Numbered from the stretch's first letter, positions 19,488 through 29,729 are shown. The stretch: 64,000 bases of DNA from Cyanobacteriota bacterium (GCA_046052125.1 JBJOMY010000002.1:416001-480000), one strand, 5' to 3'. The notes: generated from the sequence alone by a model not told the origin. A program made the numbers and translations.

Positions 19488-20260
19488 TGCAGAGCGTTGT
19501 GGCTGTTCCGGCTCGATTGGAGTCGAGCCGCTTGCCGGGCAAGGTGTTGGCGGATATCGGCGGCAAGCCGATGCTGCAGCGGGTGTTGGAGCGTTGTGCC
19601 GAAGCCACCACCCCGGCGGCGGTGGTGCTCTGCACCGACAGCCAGGACCTGGCGGATCGGGCGGCGGACTGGGGGTTTGCCGCACTGATCACCAGCGCCA
19701 GCTGCGCATCCGGCAGTGAACGGATCGCCTCGGTGGTGGAACAGCTCGTGGCCCGCGCGGGTGGCTCGCCTGCCGACACCCTGATCATCAATGTGCAAGG
19801 CGATCAGCCCTTCATCGATCCGCTAGTAATCGAGGCGATGGCCGGCCAGTTTGCGGAGCGTTGCCCCACACCCGAGGTGCTCACCCCCGTGTATCGGATG
19901 AGCCCCGACAAGGTGCACAACCCCAACTTGGTGAAAACCCTGCTGGCCGCCGATGGTCGGGCCCTCTACTTCTCCCGTTCGGCGGTGCCACATGTGCGCG
20001 GGGTGGAGCCGGAGCACTGGCATGCCCACACCACCTATTGGGGGCATGTGGGCATCTACGGCTACCGGGCCGATGTGCTGCAGCGTTGGCAGCAGCTGCC
20101 CCATTCACCCCTCGAGCAGATCGAGAAGCTCGAGCAGCTGCGGTTGATCGAGGCGGGAATTCAGATCGGCACCTTCCCGGTGGAGGGTGAATCGTTGTCG
20201 GTGGACACAGCCGAGCAGCTCGATGAGGCTCGCGCCATTGCTGGCGGCCTGGCGGCCTGA
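19487..20260 (+). CDS. kdsB: CMP-Kdo synthetase (3-deoxy-manno-octulosonate cytidylyltransferase)
   Basis: PARLESSRLPGKVLADIGGKPM, SGSERI, NVQGDQP, ALYFSRS, HVGIYGY and EKLEQLR. Confidence 0.96.
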   Translation: MQSVVAVPARLESSRLPGKVLADIGGKPMLQRVLERCAEATTPAAVVLCTDSQDLADRAADWGFAALITSASCASGSERIASVVEQLVARAGGSPADTLIINVQGDQPFIDPLVIEAMAGQFAERCPTPEVLTPVYRMSPDKVHNPNLVKTLLAADGRALYFSRSAVPHVRGVEPEHWHAHTTYWGHVGIYGYRADVLQRWQQLPHSPLEQIEKLEQLRLIEAGIQIGTFPVEGESLSVDTAEQLDEARAIAGGLAA

Positions 20261-20266
20261 GGACCG

Positions 20267-20839
20267 TTAGTCGTTGCGGTCGCGCCAGCCTTCGCGGCTC
20301 AGCTGCTGCCAGTGCCCGCGCACCCGCAGCAGCCGCTCCGCCAGCTCTCGCACCGCCCCGTGACCGCCGGGTCGAAGCAGCACGGCATCGGCCCGGCGCC
20401 GCAGGGGCAGTGCCGCATCGGCGGTGGCCACCAGCAGCCCCACCGCACCTTGCAGCGCCAGGTCGTTCACATCGTCACCCACGAAGGCGATCTGTTCCGG
20501 CGTCACGTTGAGCTGCTCCCGCAGGCTCGCCAGGGCGAGCGGTTTGTCCTTGGCGCCCACCAGGCAGTGGCGGATGCCCAGCTGCTGGGCGCGCACCTCG
20601 GTGGCACCGCCGCGGCCGCCGCTGAGAAAGGCCACCTCCAAACCGGCGTGCTGCAGCAGGCGAATGCCCAGCCCATCGCGCACATCGAAGCGTTTGATCA
20701 GTTCACCTGCCGGGCCATGCCAGAGCCCGCCATCGGTGAGCACGCCGTCCACATCGAGCACCACCACCTGGATGGGCCGCAAACGCCGGCGTTGCCACCA
20801 CCACAGCCAGCGCCACCAGAGCCTGCGCAGCCGTTGCAT
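20267..20839 (-). CDS. kdsC: Kdo-8-phosphate phosphatase (HAD family)
   Basis: LDVDGVLTDG, FDVRDGLG, VGDDVND and GGHGAVRE. Confidence 0.93.
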   Translation of the reverse strand: MQRLRRLWWRWLWWWQRRRLRPIQVVVLDVDGVLTDGGLWHGPAGELIKRFDVRDGLGIRLLQHAGLEVAFLSGGRGGATEVRAQQLGIRHCLVGAKDKPLALASLREQLNVTPEQIAFVGDDVNDLALQGAVGLLVATADAALPLRRRADAVLLRPGGHGAVRELAERLLRVRGHWQQLSREGWRDRND

Positions 20840-21825
20840 CACGCCAAACCCGCCTGCACCAGATCGTGCAGACGCAGCAGGCCCTGCATCTGCTGGGCGT
20901 CGTTCACCACCGGCAACACGCCGATCGCCTTACGGCGATTGCGTTCCATGCAGGCGATCGCGTCGATGGCCAGGGTGGTGGCGGTCACCGTGATCGGGTC
21001 AGCCGTCATCAGATCCGAAGCCGTGAGCGTGCTCCACGCCGCCGGGCCATGGCTTTGCAACGCCCGCCGCAGGTCGCCATCCGTGATCAGGCCTTGGATG
21101 CGGCTGGGGTCGCCGGGGCTGGCGATCCAGCAGGCGCCCACGCCATCGGCGGTGAGGTGGGCGATCACCTCGGGCAGGGGTGCTGCTGCTGCCAGCGGCG
21201 CCAGCCGTGAGGCCGGCACCATCAGATCTGCGGCGGTGAGGGTGAGCTGTTTGCCCAGTGAACCGGCCGGGTGGTTGAGGGCGAAGTCTTCCGGCGACAC
21301 CCCGCGGCGCTCCATCCACACTGCCGCCAGCGCATCGCCGATGGCCATGGCCACCGCCGTGCTGGCGGTGGGGGCCAGGTTGAGCGGGCACACCTCCCGA
21401 TCCACCGAGCCATCCAGCACCACATCACAACCGCGAGCCAGGCTGGAGTTCACGCGGCCCACCAGGGCAATGCGGGCAGTGCCGCGGCGTTTGAGATGGG
21501 GAAGAATCTCCAGGAGCTCTTGGGTTTCACCGCTGTTGGAGAGCAGCAAGGTGACGTCATCCGCCGCGATCACCCCCAGGTCGCCATGGAGCGCGTCCAG
21601 GGGGTTGAGATAGATCGCCATCACGCCGATCGAGGAGAACGTGGCAGCGATCTTGCGCGCCACGATGCCGCTCTTGCCCACGCCCGTGATCACGAGCTTG
21701 GCCCGGCTGTCGGCGCAGCGATCGAGCAGGGCCAGCGACGCCTCCACCTGCTCGGGCGCGAGGCGCTCCGCTGTGGCTGCGATGGCGGCGGCCTCTTCCT
21801 GCAGACAACGGGTGAGGGCGGACAC
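20839..21825 (-). CDS. kdsD: Arabinose-5-phosphate isomerase (KpsF/GutQ family, SIS + CBS)
   Basis: TGVGKSGIVARKIAATFSS, ALHGDLG, SNSGET, NLAPTAST, NHPAGSLG and a CBS pair. GTG start at 21825 assumed. Confidence 0.95.
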   Translation of the reverse strand: MSALTRCLQEEAAAIAATAERLAPEQVEASLALLDRCADSRAKLVITGVGKSGIVARKIAATFSSIGVMAIYLNPLDALHGDLGVIAADDVTLLLSNSGETQELLEILPHLKRRGTARIALVGRVNSSLARGCDVVLDGSVDREVCPLNLAPTASTAVAMAIGDALAAVWMERRGVSPEDFALNHPAGSLGKQLTLTAADLMVPASRLAPLAAAAPLPEVIAHLTADGVGACWIASPGDPSRIQGLITDGDLRRALQSHGPAAWSTLTASDLMTADPITVTATTLAIDAIACMERNRRKAIGVLPVVNDAQQMQGLLRLHDLVQAGLA

Positions 21826-21871
21826 GCAGCTGTGGTGTGGATTGCGCTGAATTCTCCCCCAGCTTCGGCGC

Positions 21872-22939
21872 TCAGCTAGCCGGCGCAGCGCTGGCGTAGC
21901 CCTCGGGGTTGGCCAGCTGCCAGGCCCAGCCGTCGCGGCAGATCTCCGGCAGGCCGCGGCGGGTGCGCCAGCCCAGCCTTGCGCTCGCCTGCGTGGGATC
22001 GGCCACGGTGGTGGCGGCATCGCCGGGGCGGCGCTCCACCAGGGCATAGGGCACGCTGCGGCCGCTGGCGCTCTCCAGAGCTCGCACCACCTCCAGCACG
22101 GAGTGGCCCTGGCCGCTGCCCAGGTTGAGCGTGAGCAGCTGGGGTGGTTCGCTCAGCAGGGTGGTGAGCGCGGCGGCATGGCCTTCTGCCAGATCCATCA
22201 CATGGATGTAGTCGCGCACGCCGGTGCCGTCGGGTGTGGGCCAGTCGCTGCCGAACACCTGCAGCTGCTGGCGCCGGCCCACGGCCACCTGGGTGATGAA
22301 GGGGAACAGGTTGTTGGGGATGCCGTTGGGGTCTTCGCCGATGCGTCCGCTCGGGTGGGCGCCAACAGGATTGAAGTAGCGCAGGCTGGCGATGCGCCAG
22401 CCGGGCTCGCTGGCCGCCAGATCAGCCAGCAGTTGCTCCACCGCCGCCTTGCTGTGGCCGTAGGGATTGATCGGCCGCACCGGCGCTGTTTCGGGGATCG
22501 GCACCTGGTCGGGGTAGCCATACAGCGTGGCGCTGCTGCTGAACACCAGCGTGCGGCAGCCGGCTGCCTGCATCGCCGCCAGCAGCTGGCGCGATCCGGT
22601 CACGTTCACATCCCAGTAGCGCAGCGGGTGCTGCACCGATTCGCCCACCGCCTTGAGGCCGGCGAAGTGGATCACGGCATCGATGGGGGCTGCTGCGTCG
22701 GCTGACGCAAAGGCTTGCTGCAGGTCAGTTGGCTGGCGGATGTCGCCCTGGATCACCCGCAGGCGTTGGTCCTGGGTGGCGGGCGGCAGTTCAGCCAGGG
22801 CGGCCACTCGGCGCAGCGCTTCGGGGGAGCTGTTGCTGAAGTTGTCGAGCACCACCAGGTTGTGGCCCGCCTGCAGCAGCACCACGCAGGTGTGGCTGCC
22901 GATGAAGCCAGCCCCACCGGTGATTAGCAGCGTGGCCAC
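21872..22939 (-). CDS. galE: UDP-glucose 4-epimerase
   Basis: [40 protein letters not shown] and [11 protein letters not shown]. Confidence 0.96.
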   Translation of the reverse strand: MATLLITGGAGFIGSHTCVVLLQAGHNLVVLDNFSNSSPEALRRVAALAELPPATQDQRLRVIQGDIRQPTDLQQAFASADAAAPIDAVIHFAGLKAVGESVQHPLRYWDVNVTGSRQLLAAMQAAGCRTLVFSSSATLYGYPDQVPIPETAPVRPINPYGHSKAAVEQLLADLAASEPGWRIASLRYFNPVGAHPSGRIGEDPNGIPNNLFPFITQVAVGRRQQLQVFGSDWPTPDGTGVRDYIHVMDLAEGHAAALTTLLSEPPQLLTLNLGSGQGHSVLEVVRALESASGRSVPYALVERRPGDAATTVADPTQASARLGWRTRRGLPEICRDGWAWQLANPEGYASAAPAS

Positions 22940-23015
22940 AGCTCGTGAGCAGGGCTTATCACCCTACGGTCGCTCCACGCCGATCCCGCAGACTGACCCC
23001 AGCCAGGTGTGGTTC

Positions 23016-24260
23016 GTGGAGAAGCTGCAGAGTCTGCGCGGGATGGTGGATCTGCTGCCGCAGCAGATCGGGGTGTGGCAGCAGCTGGAAGCCACGGCGC
23101 GCCGCCATTTCCAGCGGGCCGCTGTGGCAGAGATCCGCACGCCCATCCTTGAAGCCACGGAGCTGTTTGCCCGAGGAATCGGCGAAGCCACCGATGTGGT
23201 GGGCAAGGAGATGTATACGTTTTTGGATCGGGGCGAGCGCAGCTGCACCCTGCGCCCGGAAGGCACCGCATCAGTGGTGCGGGCTGCCATCCAGCACGGC
23301 CTGCTCAGCCAGGGTCCCCAGCGGCTTTGGTATGGCGGGCCGATGTTTCGCTATGAGCGCCCTCAGGCCGGCCGGCAGCGGCAGTTCCATCAGATCGGCC
23401 TGGAATTTCTGGGCTTTGCCGATGCCCGCAGCGATGTGGAAGCGATCGCGATTGCCTGGGATCTGCTGGCGGATTTGGGGGTGCAGGGGCTGGCCCTCGA
23501 GCTCAACAGCCTCGGAAGCGCCGACGATCGGGCCCTCTACCGCCAGCAGCTGGTGGCCTGGCTCGAGCAGCGGCGTGAACAGCTCGACCCGGATTCCCAG
23601 GACCGCCTGGCCCGCAACCCCCTACGCATCCTCGACAGCAAGAACCCCACCACCCAAGCCCTGCTCCAGGACGCTCCCACCCTGGCGGCGGCCCTGGCAC
23701 CCGAGAGCCGCGAACGGTTTGAACGGGTGCAAGAGGGGCTGACGGCACTGGAGATCCCCTTCCAGCTCAACCCCCGGCTGGTGCGCGGGCTCGATTACTA
23801 CAGCCACACCGCCTTTGAAATCACCTCCAGCCAGCTGGGAGCCCAGGCCACCGTGTGTGGCGGTGGCCGTTACAACAGCCTGGTGGAGCAGCTGGGTGGT
23901 GCCCCAACACCGGCCATCGGTTGGGCGCTGGGGGTGGAACGACTGGTGATGCTGCTGGCGCTGGCGGGTGAGAGTCACGACGCTGCGCCGGACATTTATG
24001 TGGTGAGCCGCGGCAGCCTGGCGGAGGCCCAGGCGCTCGTGCTGGCGCGTCAGCTGCGCCGCAGCGGTCGTTCGGTGGAGCTCGATCTCAGCGGTTCGGC
24101 CTTTGGCAAGCAACTGAAGCGGGCGGATCGCAGCGGTGCGCGCTGGGCTGTGGTGATCGGTGAGGACGAAGCGCGGCTGGGCCAGGTGATCGTGAAGAAC
24201 CTCCAGGAGCAAACCGAACAGCCGTTGGCCGCTTCTGAGCTGCTGGGTCAGTTCGCTTAG
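23016..24260 (+). CDS. hisS: Histidine--tRNA ligase
   Basis: [50 protein letters not shown] and GGGRY. GTG start at 23016. Confidence 0.97.
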   Translation: MEKLQSLRGMVDLLPQQIGVWQQLEATARRHFQRAAVAEIRTPILEATELFARGIGEATDVVGKEMYTFLDRGERSCTLRPEGTASVVRAAIQHGLLSQGPQRLWYGGPMFRYERPQAGRQRQFHQIGLEFLGFADARSDVEAIAIAWDLLADLGVQGLALELNSLGSADDRALYRQQLVAWLEQRREQLDPDSQDRLARNPLRILDSKNPTTQALLQDAPTLAAALAPESRERFERVQEGLTALEIPFQLNPRLVRGLDYYSHTAFEITSSQLGAQATVCGGGRYNSLVEQLGGAPTPAIGWALGVERLVMLLALAGESHDAAPDIYVVSRGSLAEAQALVLARQLRRSGRSVELDLSGSAFGKQLKRADRSGARWAVVIGEDEARLGQVIVKNLQEQTEQPLAASELLGQFA

Positions 24261-24293
24261 GTTGCGAGGGCTGATGCGACTGCCGTTTTTCTA

Positions 24294-25685
24294 ATGTCCA
24301 GCCCTGCAGCCGTGCGCGCCATCTGTTGCATCGGCGCGGGCTATGTGGGCGGACCCACAATGGCGGTGATTGCCGATCGCTGCCCCCACATCCGAGTGAC
24401 GGTGGTGGATCTCAACGCCGAGCGCATTGCCGCCTGGAACGATCCTGATCTGAGCCAACTGCCGGTGTATGAGCCCGGCCTCGATGCCGTGGTGGGCCGT
24501 GCGCGGGGCCTCAATCTGCACTTCAGCACGCAGGTGGAGGCCGCCATTGCGGCCGCTGATCTGGTGTTCATCTCGGTGAACACCCCCACCAAAACCCGAG
24601 GTTTGGGAGCCGGCCAGGCCAGCGATCTCAAGTGGGTGGAAGCCAGTGCCCGCACGGTGGCCAAGGCGGCCCGTGGTCACACGATCGTGGTGGAGAAGAG
24701 CACGCTGCCGGTGCGCACCGCTGCGGTGATCCAGGAAATCCTCACGGCAGCCCAAGGTGAACAGGGGGGCAGCACCTTTTCAGTGCTCTCCAACCCGGAG
24801 TTTCTGGCAGAGGGCACCGCGATTGAGGATCTGGAGCAGCCCGATCGCGTGCTGATCGGTGGTCAGGATCCCGCTGCGGTGGAAGCTTTGGCGGAGATCT
24901 ACGCCAGTTGGGTGCCGCAGGAGCGGATTCTGCGCACCAACCTATGGAGTAGTGAGCTGAGCAAGCTCACTGCCAACGCTTTTCTGGCGCAACGGATTAG
25001 CTCGATCAACGGTATTGCCGCCTTCTGCGAGGCCACCGGGGCTGATGTGCGGGAGGTGGCCCGCGCCATTGGCGCTGATAGCCGCATCGGTGCCAAATTT
25101 CTGCAGGCTGGGCCCGGTTTTGGCGGCAGCTGCTTCCAAAAGGACATCCTCAACCTGGTGTATCTCTGCCGCCATTACGGCCTGGAGGAGGTGGCGACCT
25201 ACTGGGAGCAGGTGGTGGCGCTCAACCGCTGGCAGCAGCAGCGCATTGCCCGGCTGTTGATCACCAAGTTGTTCGGCACCGTGAGCGGCAAGCGTATTGG
25301 GGTTCTTGGTTTTGCCTTCAAGGCCGACACCAACGACACCCGTGAATCCCCAGCCATCCGCATTTGCCAAGAGCTACTGGATGAGGGCGCCATCCTGCAG
25401 ATCGTGGATCCCAAGGTGAGCGAGCGGCAGATGGCTCTGGATTTGGGCCGCCCCGCGGGGGAGGGCGAGGGCAGCTGGCAGCAGGTTTCCACGGTGGAGC
25501 AGGCGGCAGCCGGGGCTGATGCCCTGCTCCTGCTCACGGAATGGCAGCAGTTCGCTCAGATCGACTGGCCGGCCGTGGCGGCCCGGATGCGGCAGCCCGC
25601 CTGGTTGTTTGACGCCCGGGCCAAGGCCGATGCCAGCGCCGCCCGGGCCGCAGGACTGCAGGTGTGGGTTGTGGGCGAAGGCTGA
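24294..25685 (+). CDS. ugd: UDP-glucose 6-dehydrogenase
   Basis: ICCIGAGYVGGPT, EKSTLPV, SNPEFLAEG, GFGGSCFQKD and AFKADTNDTRES. Confidence 0.96.
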   Translation: MSSPAAVRAICCIGAGYVGGPTMAVIADRCPHIRVTVVDLNAERIAAWNDPDLSQLPVYEPGLDAVVGRARGLNLHFSTQVEAAIAAADLVFISVNTPTKTRGLGAGQASDLKWVEASARTVAKAARGHTIVVEKSTLPVRTAAVIQEILTAAQGEQGGSTFSVLSNPEFLAEGTAIEDLEQPDRVLIGGQDPAAVEALAEIYASWVPQERILRTNLWSSELSKLTANAFLAQRISSINGIAAFCEATGADVREVARAIGADSRIGAKFLQAGPGFGGSCFQKDILNLVYLCRHYGLEEVATYWEQVVALNRWQQQRIARLLITKLFGTVSGKRIGVLGFAFKADTNDTRESPAIRICQELLDEGAILQIVDPKVSERQMALDLGRPAGEGEGSWQQVSTVEQAAAGADALLLLTEWQQFAQIDWPAVAARMRQPAWLFDARAKADASAARAAGLQVWVVGEG

Positions 25686-25688
25686 GGG

Positions 25689-26639
25689 ATGCCGGAGCGA
25701 GTGCTGCGCAACCTGATCACCGGCGGTGCCGGCTTTGTGGGCTCACACCTGGTGGACCGGCTCATGGAAGCCGGCGAAGAGGTGATCTGCCTCGACAACT
25801 ACTTCACCGGCCGCAAAGCCAACATCGAAGCCTGGATCGCTCACCCCCGCTTTGAACTGATCCGCCACGACGTCACCGAGCCGATTCGGCTCGAGGTGGA
25901 TCGGATCTGGCACCTGGCCTGCCCGGCCTCACCGGTGCACTACCAGCACAACCCGATCAAAACCGCCAAAACCAGCTTTCTGGGCACCTACAACATGCTC
26001 GGGCTGGCGCGACGGGTTGGGGCGCGGCTGCTGCTGGCCAGCACCTCAGAGGTGTATGGCGATCCAGAGCTGCATCCCCAGCCGGAGAGTTACCGCGGGT
26101 GCGTGAACACCATCGGCTTGCGCAGTTGCTACGACGAGGGCAAGCGCATCGCCGAAACCCTTTGTTTTGATTACAAGCGCATGCACGGCACGGAGATCCG
26201 CGTCGCCCGGATCTTCAACACCTATGGGCCGCGCATGCTGCCGGATGACGGCCGGGTGGTGAGCAACTTCATTGTGCAGGCGCTGAATGGCCAGCCGCTC
26301 ACCCTCTACGGCGATGGCAGCCAGACCCGTTCCTTCTGTTACGTGGACGATCTGGTGGAAGGGCTGATTCGCCTGATGAATGGCTCCCACACGGGCCCGA
26401 TTAACCTCGGTAACCCCAGTGAATTCACGATTCGCCAGCTGGCGGAGCTGGTGCGGGCGCGGATCAATCCGGCGCTGCCGTTGATCAAGAAGCCTCTGCC
26501 GATGGATGATCCCAAGCAGCGCCAGCCGCTGATCACTCTGGCTCAACAGGAGCTGGGCTGGCAGCCGAGCGTGGCTTTGGAGCAAGGCCTCGAGCCCACG
26601 ATCGCCGATTTCCAGCGTCGCCTCAGCGACTGCCCCTGA
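25689..26639 (+). CDS. UDP-glucuronate decarboxylase (UDP-xylose synthase)
   Basis: [51 protein letters not shown] and DGRVVSNF. Confidence 0.93.
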   Translation: MPERVLRNLITGGAGFVGSHLVDRLMEAGEEVICLDNYFTGRKANIEAWIAHPRFELIRHDVTEPIRLEVDRIWHLACPASPVHYQHNPIKTAKTSFLGTYNMLGLARRVGARLLLASTSEVYGDPELHPQPESYRGCVNTIGLRSCYDEGKRIAETLCFDYKRMHGTEIRVARIFNTYGPRMLPDDGRVVSNFIVQALNGQPLTLYGDGSQTRSFCYVDDLVEGLIRLMNGSHTGPINLGNPSEFTIRQLAELVRARINPALPLIKKPLPMDDPKQRQPLITLAQQELGWQPSVALEQGLEPTIADFQRRLSDCP

Positions 26640-26656
26640 GCGGCCCCCGTTCTCTC

Positions 26657-27697
26657 ATGACCCCAACCCAACCCATCCTGGTCACCGGCGCCGCCGGTTT
26701 TATTGGCGCTGAGGTGGCCTGCCAGCTCTTGCAGCGCGGTGAGCCGGTGGTGGGCCTCGACAACCTGAACAGCTACTACAGCCCCGCCCTCAAGCAGGCC
26801 CGGCTCGATCGGGTGCAGCAGTGTGCGGCAGTTTGCGGCAGTCCCTGGCGGTTTGAACGGCTGGATCTTGCTGATGCCGAGGCGATGGCGGCGTTGTTCA
26901 CGGCGGTGCAGCCGCGGGCGGTGGTGCATCTCGCTGCCCAGGCCGGCGTGCGTTATTCGCTCGAGAACCCCGGTGCCTACGTGCAGAGCAACCTGGTGGG
27001 CTTTGGTCAAATCCTTGAGGGTTGTCGCCATCAGGGGGTGGAGCATCTTGTGTATGCCTCCAGCAGCTCGGTGTATGGCGGCAACCGCCAGATGCCCTTC
27101 AGTGAGCAGCAGGCCGTGAATCATCCGGTGAGCCTGTATGCGGCCACCAAGAAGGCCAATGAATTGATGGCCCACACCTACAGCCACCTCTACGGCCTGC
27201 CGGCTACTGGACTGCGTTTTTTCACCGTGTATGGCCCCTGGGGCCGGCCCGATATGGCGCCGATGTTGTTTGCCCGGGCCATCCAGGCAGGCGAGCCGAT
27301 CCGCGTGTTCAATCACGGCCGCATGCAGCGGGATTTCACCTATATCGACGACATCGTGCAGGGTGTGATCCGTTGCCTGGACAAGCCGGCTACCCCAGAC
27401 CCCAGCTTTGATCCGCTGCATCCCAATCCGGCCACCGCCGCGGTGCCCCATCGCGTGTTCAACATCGGTAACGCCCAGCCCACCCCGCTGCTGCGGTTCA
27501 TCGAGGTGTTGGAGCAGGCCCTCGGCCGCTCGGCGATCAAGGACTTTCAGCCCATGCAACCCGGCGACGTGGTGGCCACCGCCGCCGACACCTCGGCCCT
27601 CGAGGCCTGGGTGGGTTTCAAGCCTCAGACCCCCCTCGAGCAAGGCTTGGCAGCCTTCGCCGCCTGGCTTCGCGACCATCCGCGCTTCCTGGTGTGA
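26657..27697 (+). CDS. NAD-dependent epimerase, UDP-glucuronate 4-epimerase-like
   Basis: TGAAGFIG, HLAAQAGVRYS, SLYAATKKANE, RFFTVYGPWGRPDMA and RDFTYIDD. Confidence 0.92.
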   Translation: MTPTQPILVTGAAGFIGAEVACQLLQRGEPVVGLDNLNSYYSPALKQARLDRVQQCAAVCGSPWRFERLDLADAEAMAALFTAVQPRAVVHLAAQAGVRYSLENPGAYVQSNLVGFGQILEGCRHQGVEHLVYASSSSVYGGNRQMPFSEQQAVNHPVSLYAATKKANELMAHTYSHLYGLPATGLRFFTVYGPWGRPDMAPMLFARAIQAGEPIRVFNHGRMQRDFTYIDDIVQGVIRCLDKPATPDPSFDPLHPNPATAAVPHRVFNIGNAQPTPLLRFIEVLEQALGRSAIKDFQPMQPGDVVATAADTSALEAWVGFKPQTPLEQGLAAFAAWLRDHPRFLV

Positions 27698-28971
27698 TGG
27701 ATCTGGTGGAAGCCCTGCATCCGGGCCTGATCGCTGCCTTGCAGCAGGTGGCTGAGCCGGATGTTGAGCTTTACCTGGTGGGCGGCGCCCTGCGCGATGC
27801 CCTGTTGCATCGCTTGCACCGCGATCCCTGGCGCGGCTTGCCCGACATTGATCTGCTGGTGCAGTACCACGATCCAGGCGTTGAGCCGGCCAGCACTGAG
27901 CCGGCGGCCCATGCTCTGGCCCAGCGGTTGCTCGCCCAGCATGGCTCTGGGGCGGTGCGCTGCCAGTTTCATCACGCCTACGGCACGGTGGAATTGGAAT
28001 GGCAGGGCGTGTGGATCGATCTGGCCACGGCCCGGCATGAGAACTATCCCCGACCGGCGCAGAACCCGCAGGTGCGTTCTGGCCGATTGGAGGACGATCT
28101 CGCTCGCCGCGATTTCAGCGTGAATGCGATGGCCCTGCCGCTCCGAGACCTGCAGGAGCAGGCTGTGGTGGATCCCTACGGCGGCCTGGAGGATCTGGCG
28201 GCGCGGCAGCTGCGGCTGCTGCATGCCCACAGCCTGCGCGACGATCCCACCCGCGCACTGCGGGCGGCCCGTTACGCTGCCCGGTTGGGTTTTGCCCTCG
28301 AACCATCCAGCCTTGCTCAACTGCGCAGCACCCTGCAGCGCTGGCCCTGGAGCTGGAAACCCGGCGATCCCGCCGATCAGGCGCCGCCCGCCCTCAGCAC
28401 CCGTCTGCGGATGGAGCTGGAGCTGCTGCTGGATCATGAGCCCTGGGCTGCAGCGCTGAGCCAGCTGCAGCAGTGGGGCGCTCTGGTGTTGTTGGAGGAG
28501 GGGCTGCAGCGTGATGGAGCCTTGCAGCGGCGGTTGCGCTGGGCGGCTCGGCTTGGCCTGCCGCGCCTACTGGCGCTGTTGATGGGCGCCGATGATCCTG
28601 TTGCGCTCGCCCAGCGGCTGCAGTTGCCCCACCGCCAGCAGCAGCTTCTGGGGCGGAGCAGCCAGTTGTTGCGGCGGTTGCAGCAGCAATCAGCAGTGGC
28701 TGCTCTTCCCCAGACGGCCGCGGCCTGGGCAGAGCAGCTTGAGACGGGCACCGACGCCTCTCAGGTGGTGCAGCTGGTGCTCGTTGCCGCGAGCCATCAG
28801 CCCAAGCCACCCTGGCGCAGACCCCTGCTGCGTTGGCTGCTGCGCTGGCGTTTACTGGTGGCACCGGTGACGGCCCAGAACCTGCTGGAGCAGGGGTATC
28901 TCCCGGGTCCAGCCTTGGGTGCGGCATTAAAAGAGGCCAGAGCGAAACGCTTGGCCTCAGAACAGTATTGA
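27697..28971 (+). CDS. tRNA nucleotidyltransferase, class II (CCA/A-adding type)
   Basis: LVGGALRD, DIDLLV, IDLATARHENY, EDDLARRDFSVNAMA and DDPTRALRAARY. Confidence 0.9.
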   Translation: MDLVEALHPGLIAALQQVAEPDVELYLVGGALRDALLHRLHRDPWRGLPDIDLLVQYHDPGVEPASTEPAAHALAQRLLAQHGSGAVRCQFHHAYGTVELEWQGVWIDLATARHENYPRPAQNPQVRSGRLEDDLARRDFSVNAMALPLRDLQEQAVVDPYGGLEDLAARQLRLLHAHSLRDDPTRALRAARYAARLGFALEPSSLAQLRSTLQRWPWSWKPGDPADQAPPALSTRLRMELELLLDHEPWAAALSQLQQWGALVLLEEGLQRDGALQRRLRWAARLGLPRLLALLMGADDPVALAQRLQLPHRQQQLLGRSSQLLRRLQQQSAVAALPQTAAAWAEQLETGTDASQVVQLVLVAASHQPKPPWRRPLLRWLLRWRLLVAPVTAQNLLEQGYLPGPALGAALKEARAKRLASEQY

Positions 28972-28992
28972 ACGATCTGCGTTCGACCGATC

Positions 28993-29193
28993 TCAGGCGG
29001 AACCAACGCCGGTGTACGAGCCGTAGAAGAACAGGCCGACTACGAAGATCACGGCCATGCCACCGGCGGTGGCCACGAGCCACAGGGGAAGGGTGCCTTC
29101 GGTCCAGCGGGAACGCCAGGCAACGGCAGGGCGGCCGTCGGGAAGGCGGTCGGGGATCCGGCCGTCAGGCAGGTTGGATTTCTTGCCACTCAT
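28993..29193 (-). CDS. psbJ: Photosystem II protein J (long picocyanobacterial form)
   Basis: [11 protein letters not shown]...[14 protein letters not shown]; last gene of psbEFLJ. Confidence 0.95.
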   Translation of the reverse strand: MSGKKSNLPDGRIPDRLPDGRPAVAWRSRWTEGTLPLWLVATAGGMAVIFVVGLFFYGSYTGVGSA

Positions 29194-29208
29194 CGCAGGT
29201 GCTCCCGA

Positions 29209-29328
29209 TCAGTTGAAGAAGTAGCTGGAGAACAGGATGCCGCAGGTGAACACAAACAGCAGGCCCAGGTAGAGGCTGGTGCGGTTCAGTTCAACCGGCA
29301 GATTGTTCGGGTTGGGGTTCCGTTCCAT
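29209..29328 (-). CDS. psbL: Photosystem II protein L
   Basis: [39 protein letters not shown]. Confidence 0.97.
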   Translation of the reverse strand: MERNPNPNNLPVELNRTSLYLGLLFVFTCGILFSSYFFN

Positions 29329-29339
29329 AGCGATAAACC

Positions 29340-29477
29340 TCAGCGGCGAATGAACTGCATGGCGGCCAGGGCGCCGAGGAAGAACACCGTGGGAACACCC
29401 AGGGCGTGCACCGCGAGCCACCGGACCGTGAAGATCGGGTAGTTGCGGGGGGTGGAAGAGGCGGTCGACTGGGTCAT
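29340..29477 (-). CDS. psbF: Cytochrome b559 beta subunit
   Basis: Not in the ORF track. Manual translation: [45 protein letters not shown]. Confidence 0.97.
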   Translation of the reverse strand: MTQSTASSTPRNYPIFTVRWLAVHALGVPTVFFLGALAAMQFIRR

Positions 29478-29480
29478 GGC

Positions 29481-29729
29481 TTATTTCAGGCGCTGGTCGA
29501 GGGAAGCCTTGGCGTCATACCGCTGGCTGACCACGGGGGCCTTGGAGTCTTGAGCCTGGAAATAGGCATCCGGGCGGGGCGTGCCGAAGGCGTCGTAGGC
29601 CAGTCCGGTGGACACGAACAGGAAACCCGCCAGGAACAGAGCCGGCAGGGTCACGGCGTGGATCACCCAGTAACGGATGCTCGTGATGATTTCAAAGAAC
29701 GGGCGTTCACCCGTTGAGCCGGCGGCCAT
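29481..29729 (-). CDS. psbE: Cytochrome b559 alpha subunit
   Basis: [26 protein letters not shown]...[12 protein letters not shown]. Confidence 0.98.
   Translation of the reverse strand: MAAGSTGERPFFEIITSIRYWVIHAVTLPALFLAGFLFVSTGLAYDAFGTPRPDAYFQAQDSKAPVVSQRYDAKASLDQRLK

Noticed and set aside
29140..29180. Internal repeat [15 protein letters not shown] in the PsbJ N-terminal extension
   Set aside because: This is a known trait of picocyanobacterial PsbJ, useful taxonomically but not novel.
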